From the IMG/VR virus record IMGVR_UViG_3300029305_005547, positions 64,001 to 128,000 of that record: a DNA stretch of 64,000 nucleotides, one strand, 5' to 3'. A program made the translations under genes and the position numbers. The first letter of the stretch is position 1; each line of letters begins with the position of its first letter. The notes beneath the pieces were generated by a model. That model saw only the letters and a list, made by a program, of their open reading frames with translations, was not told where the DNA came from and made no database searches. Origin of the DNA: a virus (taxonomy: Duplodnaviria; Caudoviricetes). This document shows, in pieces, positions 8,846-19,895 of the stretch.

Positions 8846-11800
8846 ATGGAATATTTTCCCTATTTTCCACCCCGGAAACATTGTTTTAATACTTCTATGA
8901 AAGGAAGTGATATTTTTATGGCAGGTAAAGAAATAAAAGTTTCTAAAACCTATAAGACTAATAACGGAGTTAAGCTAAATGCGCAATGGCTTAAAAACGC
9001 TACTAGATCGTTAGGGTCTAACGCAGGAAGTGTCTTGCAAGAAATAAGTCCTAACATTTATGGGGTCGCTGAATCTGCCGCCCAAATCAAAAGAACGTTC
9101 ATGAGATCAAAAGTATCTCAGAATGCTGTATCACAGGCTATTGAATCTAATCGTTATATTAAAATGGGTAGAACCGCTATTGATAATGCGATTAAAGATT
9201 TAAAGTCAGGTAACTTTAATAATGATTCCAGATCATCGGGTGGAAATGATGAATCAACGAGTTATTCGTTTGGTGAAATCAACGATGCTGAAGCTGGATC
9301 AACTGGGCAGATTCAGGTCAATTTAAACCCTGAAGGTTTGACGTCCATTAATAACTCCATTACGAAACAAACGAAGTTTCAGATGCAGGCTGCAAAAGCC
9401 AATGTAGATGCTATCGTTGCTACATCTTCAGCAATGATGACTATGAATCAAAGAAATGCTGAAGCTTCTTTAAATATGCTTACAAACATCAATAATAGTT
9501 TGCAAGCTCTTATTAAATATAATAATGAAAATATGTCCAAGTTCATTGCGTCATCTATGACGTATTATGAAATGATGGGACAAGTACATGCTCCTGCTAA
9601 AAAACCTGGTGGTGTAAATAACAGGTTAACTGGAGCCGATGTAACTGATAAACGTGGTAATTTAAATACTGCAAATTTGGCAAAATTGATTAAGCAAAAT
9701 GCTAAAGAACGTTATGCTGAAACAATGCCTGGTCAGTTAACATCAATGCTTGATACTTTTGGAGAAGAGTTAGTAGCTAATCCTCTTAAATTAGTAACTA
9801 CAACTCTCATGAAAGAGATTATACCGAAGTCTGTAAAAGAAGCTACAAAGAATCTTGATAAGACATTTGGAAACTTTGTAACTGAACTTTTAATGAAATC
9901 TTCGGAAACATTGAAAGCATCATCTGGAGGAAAATTATCTGGATTAAAACAATTCTTAGGTTCTGTACTAGATATCAATGTAAAGAGACAAGAAAAGTTT
10001 AATACTGCAGGTAAAGTAACCACAGATGCTGCTGTTTTTGACGGAATAACGCGTAATGCTATTACGACTGAAATTCCTAAATACTTAAGAGAAAGCACTG
10101 CTTATTTAAGACAATTAGTAGCTTTAAATGGTGGTGATCCTGATAAAGCTCTTGCAGGTTCACAGATATTCAATAGAGAATCTGGTACTTTCCAAAGATA
10201 TGAGGATTTTACAAAAGAACTTTTAGGTTCTATAAATGAATCAGTAATTAGCAGTTTAGCTTCTAGTGATTTTGGAAAGACTATGTCTAAAGTAGCTAAC
10301 TCTGCTGTTGTTGGTGAACAAAGACAAGAAGCTTTTGAGGCATTACTTAAAAAGTTTTATATTGCTCTTGAAAAAGATGATCGTCAAAGAATTGATTTAA
10401 CTAGGCGTGGTGCTGGAAGTGACATTAATGCAATTATAGGGTCTCTTCAAGGAGATGCTGCTTTAAAACAGATTCTTGAAGAAGCTGTTTACATGTCATT
10501 TGGTCATGGAAAAGGTGGAATCAATTTAAATAGTGCAAGACTTAATGCTAAGTCTATGAGAAATAGACGTATACAAGAACTTGAAGAGAATAATCTTGGA
10601 GAGTTATCTGGTCTTACAAAACATGGTCAGACTATAGACGAAGCTATGGCTTCTGTTATTTATGGTTCAGACGGACATGCAACAAGAACTACTCCTTACA
10701 CTCCTACTTCATTACTTGGACGTGTTACAAGTATTTTTGATATCTTAGAAAGAGGTATCAATGTAAGAGTAACAGGAAAAACCCCTTATGGTAAATTTAA
10801 AGCTGGTGCAGTAAATCAAAATAATAATGCATCAGTTTCATCAAATCAAAGTTCTTCTAATGCATCTAGTTCAAGTTCTGGACTTATGGATGAAGCTGAA
10901 TTGCAAGCTCAGCTCGCTGGTGCGTTAGATGAACCTCAATCTTCTAATACTTCTGGTAGAAAAGGAAGTAAATTCTTCGTTAATAAAACAGAGCATCTTG
11001 GTAATATGATGCATTATATTTTACAGGGTGACCCTGCTAAAGTATATGCTGAAATGGGTGCATTGTTTGGAGAAGGTGTTACTGCATTAGGTCATTCTAT
11101 GAAGGATGCTGTTATCGCTCCTTTAAAAGAAACCTTATTTGGTGACAAAGATGCTTCTATTACAGGAAAGATTCATGACATGTTTTCTGGACTTAAAGAA
11201 GACATGGCTACATTCGTTCTTGGTCCAAAAGGAGAAGATGGAAAAAGAACAAAGACTACCAGTTCTGTAAAAGGTTTTCTCGAAGAGGGGCTTAAGAGCT
11301 GGAGTGAGACACTTTTTGGTGGTGAAAAATCTTTCGAAGACATTAAGAAAGATTTAAAAGACAATATAAAGAAAAATTCTGATGCTGGACTTAAAGGTGC
11401 AGTAGCAGGTGCTGGATTAGGTATCGCATCAGGTGGTTTACTTGGTACTTTAGTAGGTGGACCTTTGACAGGTGCATTACTTGGTACTGCGACAGCAATT
11501 TTCACTAAATCAGAAGGTTTCCAAAAACTCATGTTTGGTGATCAACATGAAGAACTTGAAGGAAAAGATGGTAAAAAATATGATGTTCGTAAGGGCGGAT
11601 TAATTTCACCTCAAATCCAGAAATTCTTCAAAGAACACAAACATGATATGATTGGTTCTGCTGGCATTGGTGCTATTGGTGGTGCTTTTACTGGTGGTGG
11701 ATTACTTGGTACATTAGTAGGTGGTCCTGTTGCAGGTGCATTACTTGGTACTGCTGTAGGTATTGCTAAAAATTCCGATACCTTCAAAAACTTAATCTTT

Positions 11801-14800
11801 GGTAAAGAAGTTGGAGAAGGTGATAATAAGAAAAGAATTGGTGGTATTTTAGGTGCTTTTAACAGAGCATTTGAAGACGCTAATCCTAAGGACAAAACTA
11901 AAGCTAATGCTAAAAGTATGGCTGCACGTGGAACAGTAGGTGCTGGTGCTGGTTTGCTCATGAGCATGTTTACACCTCTTGGACCTATTGGTGGAGCTGC
12001 GTTAGGTTTAGCAACATCAATGGTATCGTCAAAAGATAGATTCCATGAGTTATTGTTTGGTCCTAAAAATAAAGAAGGAAAAACAAATGAAGGACTTCTT
12101 ACACGGTTAAGTGCGAGAATTTCTAAAACCGTTGTTGCTCCATTAGCAGGTATTGCATCAGATGCATTATATGATGTAAAAGATGCTATACTTGATAAAG
12201 TAATTGATCCTATAGCTAATTTAGCAGAACCTATTGCTGGATTAACTAGAAGAATTTATGATAGAATGGAAGAAAAAATTACAGGTGCGTTTGATACATT
12301 AAAGAATGCATTTGGAAAAGTTACTGGTGGTATAGGTAAGTTCTTCCAGAAAATGGTAATGAAAATTTTTAATCGTAAACGTAAAGATGAAAAAGGTGAT
12401 AAGAGTGATAAGCAAGGAATCTTTGGTAAAATAAGTGACTTTGCTCGTAGATCAAATGCCAAGGCATCAAGAAAAAAATGGTATGATGAATCATATCGTA
12501 CTACTCAGGATTTCAAAGATCGTTATGAAAAAATGAACGAGAAATGGAATTCTCTTTCTGATGAACAAAAATCCAAGTATGGTGATATTGATAGTTTCGA
12601 ACTCGAATGGGCTGAAAATATTTTCTATAATGGTGGAGATGGGCGAAAAGATCGTTTAGATGCTAGACAGGCAAGACGTGCTGAACGTTTATCATCTAGA
12701 CAAGAGCGTAGAGATAAACTTAATCGTGAAGCTCTTATTGCAGAACTTACAAAGGGCAAATATTCTAATAGTTCTAAAGAAGCTATGGCTGAGGCGTTAG
12801 AAGCTTATAAGAAAACTAGAGGATATAGACGTGGTAAAGGCATGAACGGTATTTCTCATGACGATGTACAACGTTTATTGACGACTGGTGGTGAAATTGG
12901 TGATGCTGAACGTACATCAGAAGTTATAACCCAACAGCTTGATGTTGAAAGAGAGCAATTAGATAAATTAACAGATCAATTAACTTTACTTGAAAGAATT
13001 GAAGTAGGTATATCTGATTTAGTTAGCAGAGGGTCCGATGGAGTTAAATCTATGGTATCTTATGTGAGACAAAATCACAACTCTAGACGAATTGAACGAC
13101 GTTCTGCACAGTATGAGCAATCTGCATTTATGGCAGACCTCACATCTGATGCTAACATGGAAGTTGCTTCAGATCATCGTGCTAGTGGATATAATGAATA
13201 TACTGGTTTTAAAATTCCTAAGGAAACTTTAAAACGCTTAAAGAGTGTTGCGAATAATCCTCAAAATCCTATGCAATCTTTAGCTATTGATGCTCTTGAT
13301 ACTACTCTTAATGATAGTGATAGAAAGAAAGCTTATGAAAAGATTTTAAAAGCATGGGAAAATAAAAAGAATGCTAGAAAGAATAACAGAATGCAACATA
13401 GACAAAATGTTGCTGATGCTAAAAATTCTAGAAGAAATATACGTCATCTTGAATCAGAAAGCAGAGATGCTCATACAAATGAAACATTATCCAGATTACG
13501 TGAAATGACTGGTGGTCGTGGATATGCAGATGGTACTGATAATGCTAAAGAAGGTGACGCTGTTGTTGGTGAGAACGGACCTGAAATCGTAAGATTTGGT
13601 GGTGGTGAAAAAGTTCTTTCTAATAACGATATGATTAAAGTAAAGATTGTAGATGTTGACACATCTGCAGCTAAAAAACTTAATGACACCGGTACTCAGG
13701 ATGTTAATATCGTTGGTCAGACTGGTGTTCTTACAACTTATGGTACTTCTGCAAGATTAGACCATAATACTGATAATAAGTCTGCTATCCAAAAAGCACT
13801 TTCTAAGAAAGATACACTTGTAAGTTATGATCAAATCAAAGCTGACAATAATGATCTTGCTGAAGAAGGTGAAGGTGGTAGCACTCATACTGAAAAATCT
13901 AGTACATGGGAAAAGATTAAAGAAACCGTAGGTGGTTTAGGAAATATTTTACTTGGTGGTGGTGCAATAGCTGCACTAGTAAAACTACTAGGAAATGAAA
14001 ATGTTCAGGAAATTCTTAAAGGAATCATTAGTGCTTTTGGTGGTTCTGCTGAAACTATGGCTAGTGTTGCTAAAAATGATGGATACGAAGGTGGTGCTAA
14101 TGCAGTCACTAACGTAAAAAATCAGTTTAGTAGATGGGGTTCTATTTTATCTGATCCTAAGAAGTTCTTACTTGGTGAAGATGGTGAATGGGATAGTCAA
14201 TCTACGGCAATAGCAAGAACTGGACGTGTTGGACTTAGTAGATTACTTAACGGTAAATCTGGAAAGAGAAAGAATGGATTAGTTAATGCATTACTTCATC
14301 CTGTACAGACAGTAAAGACAGCTATAAGGCATCCATTCAAAACATTAGGTAATATCGGAACTGGAGTTAAAAACTTTGGTAAAAATGCATTAAACGCAGG
14401 TAAAGGACTTGTTAATTTTATTAAGAGTCCTACAAAGTTAGATGATCTTAAAAACCTTGGAAAATCTTTAATCAAAAAGACTGACGCTTCAAAGCAGTTT
14501 ACTATGATAAAAGATTTAGCAACCAATTTTATACATGGTGAAAAAGGTGCAAAGTTATCTGGCGCATATAACATCGTTCACGATGCAGTTGATGGTATAA
14601 ATCCTAATAAAAGAGGTTTATCTGGTTGGTTGACAAAAACATCTGATAAACTTATGAATTATGCAATGGAACATGGTGATGCTAAAACCCAGTCACTTGT
14701 TGCAAAACTTACAGGTCATTCAGTTGATGAAATGGCACCAGCTCTTGCTAATAAAGCTATGAAAGAAGCAGGTGAAGAAGCGACTGAAAAAGCTGCAAAA

Positions 14801-17800
14801 ACAGCAACTAAAAAAGCTGGTAAGAAAGGATTCCTAGCTTCTGCAAAAGAATTTGTTCAGAAAGTTTCTAAATTTGGTGCTGGTAAAGTAGCGAATGAAG
14901 GAGCTGAAAACCTTGCTGAAAATGCTCTCGAGAAAACAGCAAAAACTGCTATTAAAGAAGTAGGTCAGAAAGTTGTAAAAGAAACTGCTGAAGATGCCGC
15001 TTCTAAGAGTATTATTGCTGCAGCTAAAAAAGGTATTCTTGAAGCCATTGAGAAAGTTGCTTCCACTATTATGGAAAAAGGTGGGAAAAAACTTGCTGGT
15101 AAGTTAAGTACAACTGGTGTTAAAAAAGTAATCACTGAAGTTTTTGAAAAGATTTCAAAAGGTCTTGTCGGAAAAATGGGTAAATGGATTGCTAAGAAAT
15201 TAGCAGCCGTTGCTGCACGTTTAGGTATATCTTTAGGTGTAACAGCAACTGGTGTTGGTGCAATCGCTACTGTAGTTGCAAATGGTGCATTCCTTGTATT
15301 AGGAGCAATTAACTCTGCTGGCAAGGGCGGTACAGCTCGTATGTTTAGATGTAAACAAGCAGATGTTGATTGGAAGATGCAAATTATTTCAGCAGCTATT
15401 GGTGGTTTGGTTGAAACTGATATAGGTTGTGTTGTTGACGTCGCAAACGAGATTTACTGTGCACTTACTGGTGATGATTTCATTACCCGTATTGCTACTG
15501 CATTTTATAATGCAATTTCTGGTAAAGAAGATGAAGAAGCATTAAAAGCATCTCAGACTCAGTTAATTAATGATTGGGAAGCTTATAAGGAAAACTTCCT
15601 TCAGACTGAATGGAAAACATTCTGTGAAGAAAACCCTGATTTAGCAATGGATTTCGAAACCTATAAGCAGAAAGTTGCTAATGGGGAACTTGAATCTGAT
15701 GTAATGGGTCTTGCAGAATATAATGATGATCAAAATAAAACCGTTGGTGCCAAAATTGCTGATGGTGCAAAAGATGCTTGGAATTGGACAAAAGATACTG
15801 CTAAAAAAGGTTGGGATGCAACCGTATCCGGAGCTAAGAAAGCAGGTAACTGGATAGCTGATACAGCATCTAGTGGATGGAACGCTGTTAAAAGCGGATG
15901 GAACTCTCTTTGGGGAGGAAAAGGTGGTAAAGGCGGATCTGGTGCTGCAGTACCTTTCTATTCACAAAAAGATCCGAGATGGGCTGGAATGCAATATACC
16001 AGAGGTGGTTCTGGGGAATCTATGAGTGAAATTGGATGTGGTCCTACTGCATTTGCAATGGCTGCATCTGGTGCTACTGGTAGAAATATTGATCCTGTTC
16101 AAGCCGCTGGTGCAATGCAAAGAGTTGGAGCAAGAGACAATACAGGAACTAACTGGGGTGGTATTGGTGCCGCAGCAGATATGTATGGTATCGAAACTCG
16201 TATGCAACAGAATCCTTCTGGAGCATTTATTGACTCTGAACTTAACGCAGGTAATCCTGTAGTTTTATCTGGTAGATCTGGTGGATATGGAACTCCATAT
16301 ACTCCACAAGGACATTATGTCGTTGCTACTGGAAAAGACAACGATGGAAATTATATCGTTAATGATCCTAACCGTTTAGGTGGATCTAGAAAATTCAAAA
16401 AAGCTGATATGCTTGCTGAAACTGGAGCTGCTTGGGGCTTTGGAGGAAAAGGTCATAATGGTATGCCATCAGATGTAGAACAACGTTTATATGGTAATAC
16501 TACATCTGGTTCTGTAACTAGTATGACTTCTGGTTATAACGGAATGCCTTCAGATGTACAAGCTAAGCAAGTAGCACAGAATAATGCTAAAAATGAGGAA
16601 AAGAAGCAAGAAGCAAGAGCAAAATGGCTTAATATAGTACGTGCTGTAAAGAAAGCATTAGCTGATCTTCACGTAGGATATTCGCAGTCAAGATGGGTTA
16701 CTGTTACTTTAGGTGGAAAACCATTAAGTGTAAGAACCGACTGTTCTGGTTACGTTACAGCATGTCTTAAATTCTTTGGAGTAATAGATGACAAGGCAAA
16801 CCTTGTATCTAATAATTACGCAAACCCTAATACCCAAGCATTATTAAAGGCTGGGTTTAGTTCACATCCTTTCACTTCTTGGGATTTACTTGAAGAAGGT
16901 GATATTATTGGTGTGAATGGTCACGTTGAAATCTTTGCATATAACAAAGATGGAAAACATTACGTTTATAACTGTGGTAGTGACAAGAGTTGTAACAGCC
17001 CAATTCCTACAGTTACAGGGCATAAAACGTATACTACATACTGGACTCCAGGAGAACCTGGATCAGGTATTGCGGATGCAAGTTCTGTATCAAGTAGTGC
17101 AGATGGCTCTACAACAGGTGATGCTACAACTTCAAGTTCTTCTGGAATGGATTTCTTTTCTAAGATTACTTCATTCTTCTCTGAACTTGGATCAAGAGCT
17201 GTATCCGGATTTACTACAGGAAAATGGAATAAAGATTGGTCTGGTGTATTTGGTGACAGTTCATCTAGTACTGCATATTCAGGTAGTACTATTAGTTCTA
17301 CTGGTGAGGTTGTAGCTGATACATCTGTAAAAGGATCAACTTCCGCTGAAAGAATTTGGAATCTGCTTAAACAGCAAGGTATGACAAATGCCGGTATTGC
17401 TGGTGTTCTTGGAAACCTTCATGCAGAATCTGGATTACGTACAAACAATGTTCAGAATAGCTATGAAAGTAAAGTAGGTTCTGATACAGAATATACCGCT
17501 AAGGTTGATAATGGTTCATATAATAATTTTGCACATGACTCTGCAGGTTATGGTCTTGCACAATGGACGTATCACAGTAGAAAGCAAGCTCTTTTAGATC
17601 TTGCTAGAAGCAGAGGTAAATCTATTGCAGATGAATCTGTTCAAACAAGTCATTTGCTTAATGAACTTAGTAAATATCCTGACCTTGTAAATACTCTGAA
17701 AACAACAAGTAGTGTCTCTGATGCGACAAGTAAGTTTATGCTTGATTATGAAAGACCTGCTGATCAGAGTCAGTCTGCACAAAATAAACGTGCAGGTTAT

Positions 17801-18274
17801 GCACAAGCGTATTATGATCAATATGCTCATAAATCAGCTACAACATCTGGTTCTGTAACCAGTATGACTACTGGATATAACGGAATGCCTTCAGATGTAC
17901 AAGCTAAAATGTATGGAAGTGGTGGTGCTGGTGCTGGTGGTAGAGGAGTTTCTTCTACAGGAATTATTAAACCACATATGACATCTGCTCCTGTTAGTGG
18001 AAAGAATATGCCTACAAATAGTAGTGATGTAAGTTCTGTAATTCATTACTTATCTCAGATACTTGCAGTGCTTGATCAGTCTTCAGATAAGCTTGACGCT
18101 CTGAATTACTTAAAAAGTCTCGCAAATTCTGGGGGAAATGTAGTGACTAACAACAACATTTACTCTCAAACTAACAATAATGGAGTAAGGGCTGGACAAC
18201 AGCAAATGACTGCTTCTAAAACAGATCCAAATAAATTCTCAACTGCTCAGAAAATAGCTAGTGGCGGTTTGTAA
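8846..18274 (+). CDS. Tape-measure-like giant tail protein with C-terminal peptidase C39-like, NlpC/P60-like and phage tail lysozyme domains (likely start ATG 8918)
   Basis: ~3100 aa helical A/G/K-rich body with GGLLGTLVGGP repeats; YSQKDPRW..GCGPT..GHYVV..VNDP (C39-like); RTDCSGYV..GHVEI (NlpC/P60/CHAP-like); GVLGNLHAESG..GYGLAQWT..YERPA (Phage_lysozyme2). Confidence 0.85.
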   Translation: MEYFPYFPPRKHCFNTSMKGSDIFMAGKEIKVSKTYKTNNGVKLNAQWLKNATRSLGSNAGSVLQEISPNIYGVAESAAQIKRTFMRSKVSQNAVSQAIESNRYIKMGRTAIDNAIKDLKSGNFNNDSRSSGGNDESTSYSFGEINDAEAGSTGQIQVNLNPEGLTSINNSITKQTKFQMQAAKANVDAIVATSSAMMTMNQRNAEASLNMLTNINNSLQALIKYNNENMSKFIASSMTYYEMMGQVHAPAKKPGGVNNRLTGADVTDKRGNLNTANLAKLIKQNAKERYAETMPGQLTSMLDTFGEELVANPLKLVTTTLMKEIIPKSVKEATKNLDKTFGNFVTELLMKSSETLKASSGGKLSGLKQFLGSVLDINVKRQEKFNTAGKVTTDAAVFDGITRNAITTEIPKYLRESTAYLRQLVALNGGDPDKALAGSQIFNRESGTFQRYEDFTKELLGSINESVISSLASSDFGKTMSKVANSAVVGEQRQEAFEALLKKFYIALEKDDRQRIDLTRRGAGSDINAIIGSLQGDAALKQILEEAVYMSFGHGKGGINLNSARLNAKSMRNRRIQELEENNLGELSGLTKHGQTIDEAMASVIYGSDGHATRTTPYTPTSLLGRVTSIFDILERGINVRVTGKTPYGKFKAGAVNQNNNASVSSNQSSSNASSSSSGLMDEAELQAQLAGALDEPQSSNTSGRKGSKFFVNKTEHLGNMMHYILQGDPAKVYAEMGALFGEGVTALGHSMKDAVIAPLKETLFGDKDASITGKIHDMFSGLKEDMATFVLGPKGEDGKRTKTTSSVKGFLEEGLKSWSETLFGGEKSFEDIKKDLKDNIKKNSDAGLKGAVAGAGLGIASGGLLGTLVGGPLTGALLGTATAIFTKSEGFQKLMFGDQHEELEGKDGKKYDVRKGGLISPQIQKFFKEHKHDMIGSAGIGAIGGAFTGGGLLGTLVGGPVAGALLGTAVGIAKNSDTFKNLIFGKEVGEGDNKKRIGGILGAFNRAFEDANPKDKTKANAKSMAARGTVGAGAGLLMSMFTPLGPIGGAALGLATSMVSSKDRFHELLFGPKNKEGKTNEGLLTRLSARISKTVVAPLAGIASDALYDVKDAILDKVIDPIANLAEPIAGLTRRIYDRMEEKITGAFDTLKNAFGKVTGGIGKFFQKMVMKIFNRKRKDEKGDKSDKQGIFGKISDFARRSNAKASRKKWYDESYRTTQDFKDRYEKMNEKWNSLSDEQKSKYGDIDSFELEWAENIFYNGGDGRKDRLDARQARRAERLSSRQERRDKLNREALIAELTKGKYSNSSKEAMAEALEAYKKTRGYRRGKGMNGISHDDVQRLLTTGGEIGDAERTSEVITQQLDVEREQLDKLTDQLTLLERIEVGISDLVSRGSDGVKSMVSYVRQNHNSRRIERRSAQYEQSAFMADLTSDANMEVASDHRASGYNEYTGFKIPKETLKRLKSVANNPQNPMQSLAIDALDTTLNDSDRKKAYEKILKAWENKKNARKNNRMQHRQNVADAKNSRRNIRHLESESRDAHTNETLSRLREMTGGRGYADGTDNAKEGDAVVGENGPEIVRFGGGEKVLSNNDMIKVKIVDVDTSAAKKLNDTGTQDVNIVGQTGVLTTYGTSARLDHNTDNKSAIQKALSKKDTLVSYDQIKADNNDLAEEGEGGSTHTEKSSTWEKIKETVGGLGNILLGGGAIAALVKLLGNENVQEILKGIISAFGGSAETMASVAKNDGYEGGANAVTNVKNQFSRWGSILSDPKKFLLGEDGEWDSQSTAIARTGRVGLSRLLNGKSGKRKNGLVNALLHPVQTVKTAIRHPFKTLGNIGTGVKNFGKNALNAGKGLVNFIKSPTKLDDLKNLGKSLIKKTDASKQFTMIKDLATNFIHGEKGAKLSGAYNIVHDAVDGINPNKRGLSGWLTKTSDKLMNYAMEHGDAKTQSLVAKLTGHSVDEMAPALANKAMKEAGEEATEKAAKTATKKAGKKGFLASAKEFVQKVSKFGAGKVANEGAENLAENALEKTAKTAIKEVGQKVVKETAEDAASKSIIAAAKKGILEAIEKVASTIMEKGGKKLAGKLSTTGVKKVITEVFEKISKGLVGKMGKWIAKKLAAVAARLGISLGVTATGVGAIATVVANGAFLVLGAINSAGKGGTARMFRCKQADVDWKMQIISAAIGGLVETDIGCVVDVANEIYCALTGDDFITRIATAFYNAISGKEDEEALKASQTQLINDWEAYKENFLQTEWKTFCEENPDLAMDFETYKQKVANGELESDVMGLAEYNDDQNKTVGAKIADGAKDAWNWTKDTAKKGWDATVSGAKKAGNWIADTASSGWNAVKSGWNSLWGGKGGKGGSGAAVPFYSQKDPRWAGMQYTRGGSGESMSEIGCGPTAFAMAASGATGRNIDPVQAAGAMQRVGARDNTGTNWGGIGAAADMYGIETRMQQNPSGAFIDSELNAGNPVVLSGRSGGYGTPYTPQGHYVVATGKDNDGNYIVNDPNRLGGSRKFKKADMLAETGAAWGFGGKGHNGMPSDVEQRLYGNTTSGSVTSMTSGYNGMPSDVQAKQVAQNNAKNEEKKQEARAKWLNIVRAVKKALADLHVGYSQSRWVTVTLGGKPLSVRTDCSGYVTACLKFFGVIDDKANLVSNNYANPNTQALLKAGFSSHPFTSWDLLEEGDIIGVNGHVEIFAYNKDGKHYVYNCGSDKSCNSPIPTVTGHKTYTTYWTPGEPGSGIADASSVSSSADGSTTGDATTSSSSGMDFFSKITSFFSELGSRAVSGFTTGKWNKDWSGVFGDSSSSTAYSGSTISSTGEVVADTSVKGSTSAERIWNLLKQQGMTNAGIAGVLGNLHAESGLRTNNVQNSYESKVGSDTEYTAKVDNGSYNNFAHDSAGYGLAQWTYHSRKQALLDLARSRGKSIADESVQTSHLLNELSKYPDLVNTLKTTSSVSDATSKFMLDYERPADQSQSAQNKRAGYAQAYYDQYAHKSATTSGSVTSMTTGYNGMPSDVQAKMYGSGGAGAGGRGVSSTGIIKPHMTSAPVSGKNMPTNSSDVSSVIHYLSQILAVLDQSSDKLDALNYLKSLANSGGNVVTNNNIYSQTNNNGVRAGQQQMTASKTDPNKFSTAQKIASGGL
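8877..8890 (+). promoter_or_regulatory. Late-type phage promoter AACA-N6-TAAT
   Basis: AACATTGTTTTAAT ~30 nt upstream of the likely tape-measure start; same motif precedes many structural genes. Confidence 0.65.
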
Positions 18275-18329
18275 ATATTACGAAAACAAGTTCATAAGAG
18301 GGTTTTAATTAACTCTCTTATGAACTTTT

Positions 18330-19877
18330 TTGTTAGAGGTGATAAATATGCCAGAATATACAGGTAGGTCATCATCTAGTACATTATCGACAGGTAATTC
18401 ATCCAATAGAAATTCTGCAAAATGTTCTAATAGTATGCGATTATTTGGTTTACCTTATCAATTTATAGATACAGTGGATCCTAGGATGGATGACGTTTCA
18501 GGAATTATCGGAAAGAACTTTATAGAAAAAGTTATAACTGATGCTCCTACAGTCATGCTTATTCCTGGAAAAGCTAAATTTCTTCCGGGTAATACCAATA
18601 AACAAGGAACGTCGCATGCATTACTTGAAGCAGCTAACGGAAATATTGGTCCTTTAATTACTGGAATGAGTGGTGATGTAGATGATGTTTTACGTTATTA
18701 TGATTTTGAAGAAGACTATACGACATATATGAAATATGTAAATAGTATGTGTCGTACAGTAGCCGTATTTTTAGAATTAAAAGAACAAATAAACGGTCAA
18801 TCTCTCCAATCATTTGACTGGAGAGACTATAGATGGAATGCTGATAAATACCATAGTGGTGCATTATCACTTGGTTCTTATGCGTGGAATTCATTTTTGA
18901 ATACACTGCAACATGGTGGTGGAGCATTTTTTAACTCTCTTATGGGAAATACTGTTGATATGAGAATCGATGATACTCATGTTGATCCAAATGAAAATAA
19001 TTCTACTAAAATTCAAGGAACATCAAATTTTGTTCAGTTTTATGTAGATCCTAGTTCTGGATCATCACAGTCATTAGCAAATTCAACATCGGCATCTCAA
19101 ATTAAATCTGCAATGGATACTGCATCATCGGCAATGAAAGAGTTTCAATTTGTTGCCAATTCTGCTGGTATTGGAATGGAAGGATTAAATGAACTCACAG
19201 ACAGTGGTTTAGATGCCCTTGCAGAAAGTCTCGGTGGAGGAAACGGTCAATTTAGTACTGTAATGAATCAGTTACTTAGTGCAGGTAAAAGTGTAATCAA
19301 AGGTGAAAATATTATTCTTCCTGAAGTCTATCAAGGATCTGATTATGGAATAGACTATACAATTGATATTCACCTTAGATCACCTTATGGAAATAAATAT
19401 TCTATTTTTATAGATGTATTAGTTCCATTATTACATTTAATTGCATTATGTATGCCAAAGCAAAGTACATCAAATACGTATGGTTCACCGTTTTTAATTA
19501 AAGCATATTATCCTGGAGTATTTAATTGTAATTTGGGAATCGTAGAATCTCTTCAAATTACTAAACCTTCATCAGAAGATGCTTATTCGATTGATGGACT
19601 TCCAATGGAAGTTGATGTACAGCTTAGAATAAAAGACTTATATTCAGATCTTTCAATGTCTCCATCGAATGAAGTTGAATTATTCAGAAATAATACATCA
19701 TTGATTGATTATCTTGCTACATTATCTGGACTGGATCTTATAGCTCCTATGACAGATTTGAAGACAACAATGATGATTACAACATATGCAGCTGGTTTAA
19801 GAGATATTGGAGATAATGCTGCATCTATTATTTATGATAAAATCGAAAAGACATTTATCGGTTTTACTACTTTATAA
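18330..19877 (+). CDS. Putative baseplate/tail-tube-fold structural protein (likely start ATG 18348)
   Basis: Directly after the tape measure; late-type promoter 18285-18298; C-terminal YPGVFNCNLGIVESLQI..GLPMEVDVQLRIKDL resembles tube-initiator proteins. Confidence 0.5.
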   Translation: MLEVINMPEYTGRSSSSTLSTGNSSNRNSAKCSNSMRLFGLPYQFIDTVDPRMDDVSGIIGKNFIEKVITDAPTVMLIPGKAKFLPGNTNKQGTSHALLEAANGNIGPLITGMSGDVDDVLRYYDFEEDYTTYMKYVNSMCRTVAVFLELKEQINGQSLQSFDWRDYRWNADKYHSGALSLGSYAWNSFLNTLQHGGGAFFNSLMGNTVDMRIDDTHVDPNENNSTKIQGTSNFVQFYVDPSSGSSQSLANSTSASQIKSAMDTASSAMKEFQFVANSAGIGMEGLNELTDSGLDALAESLGGGNGQFSTVMNQLLSAGKSVIKGENIILPEVYQGSDYGIDYTIDIHLRSPYGNKYSIFIDVLVPLLHLIALCMPKQSTSNTYGSPFLIKAYYPGVFNCNLGIVESLQITKPSSEDAYSIDGLPMEVDVQLRIKDLYSDLSMSPSNEVELFRNNTSLIDYLATLSGLDLIAPMTDLKTTMMITTYAAGLRDIGDNAASIIYDKIEKTFIGFTTL

Positions 19878-19895
19878 TTAAAAGGAAAACTAAAC

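Noticed and set aside
9733-17830. Short antisense or alternate-frame ORFs inside the tape-measure gene
   Set aside because: Fully nested shadows of the long + strand CDS.
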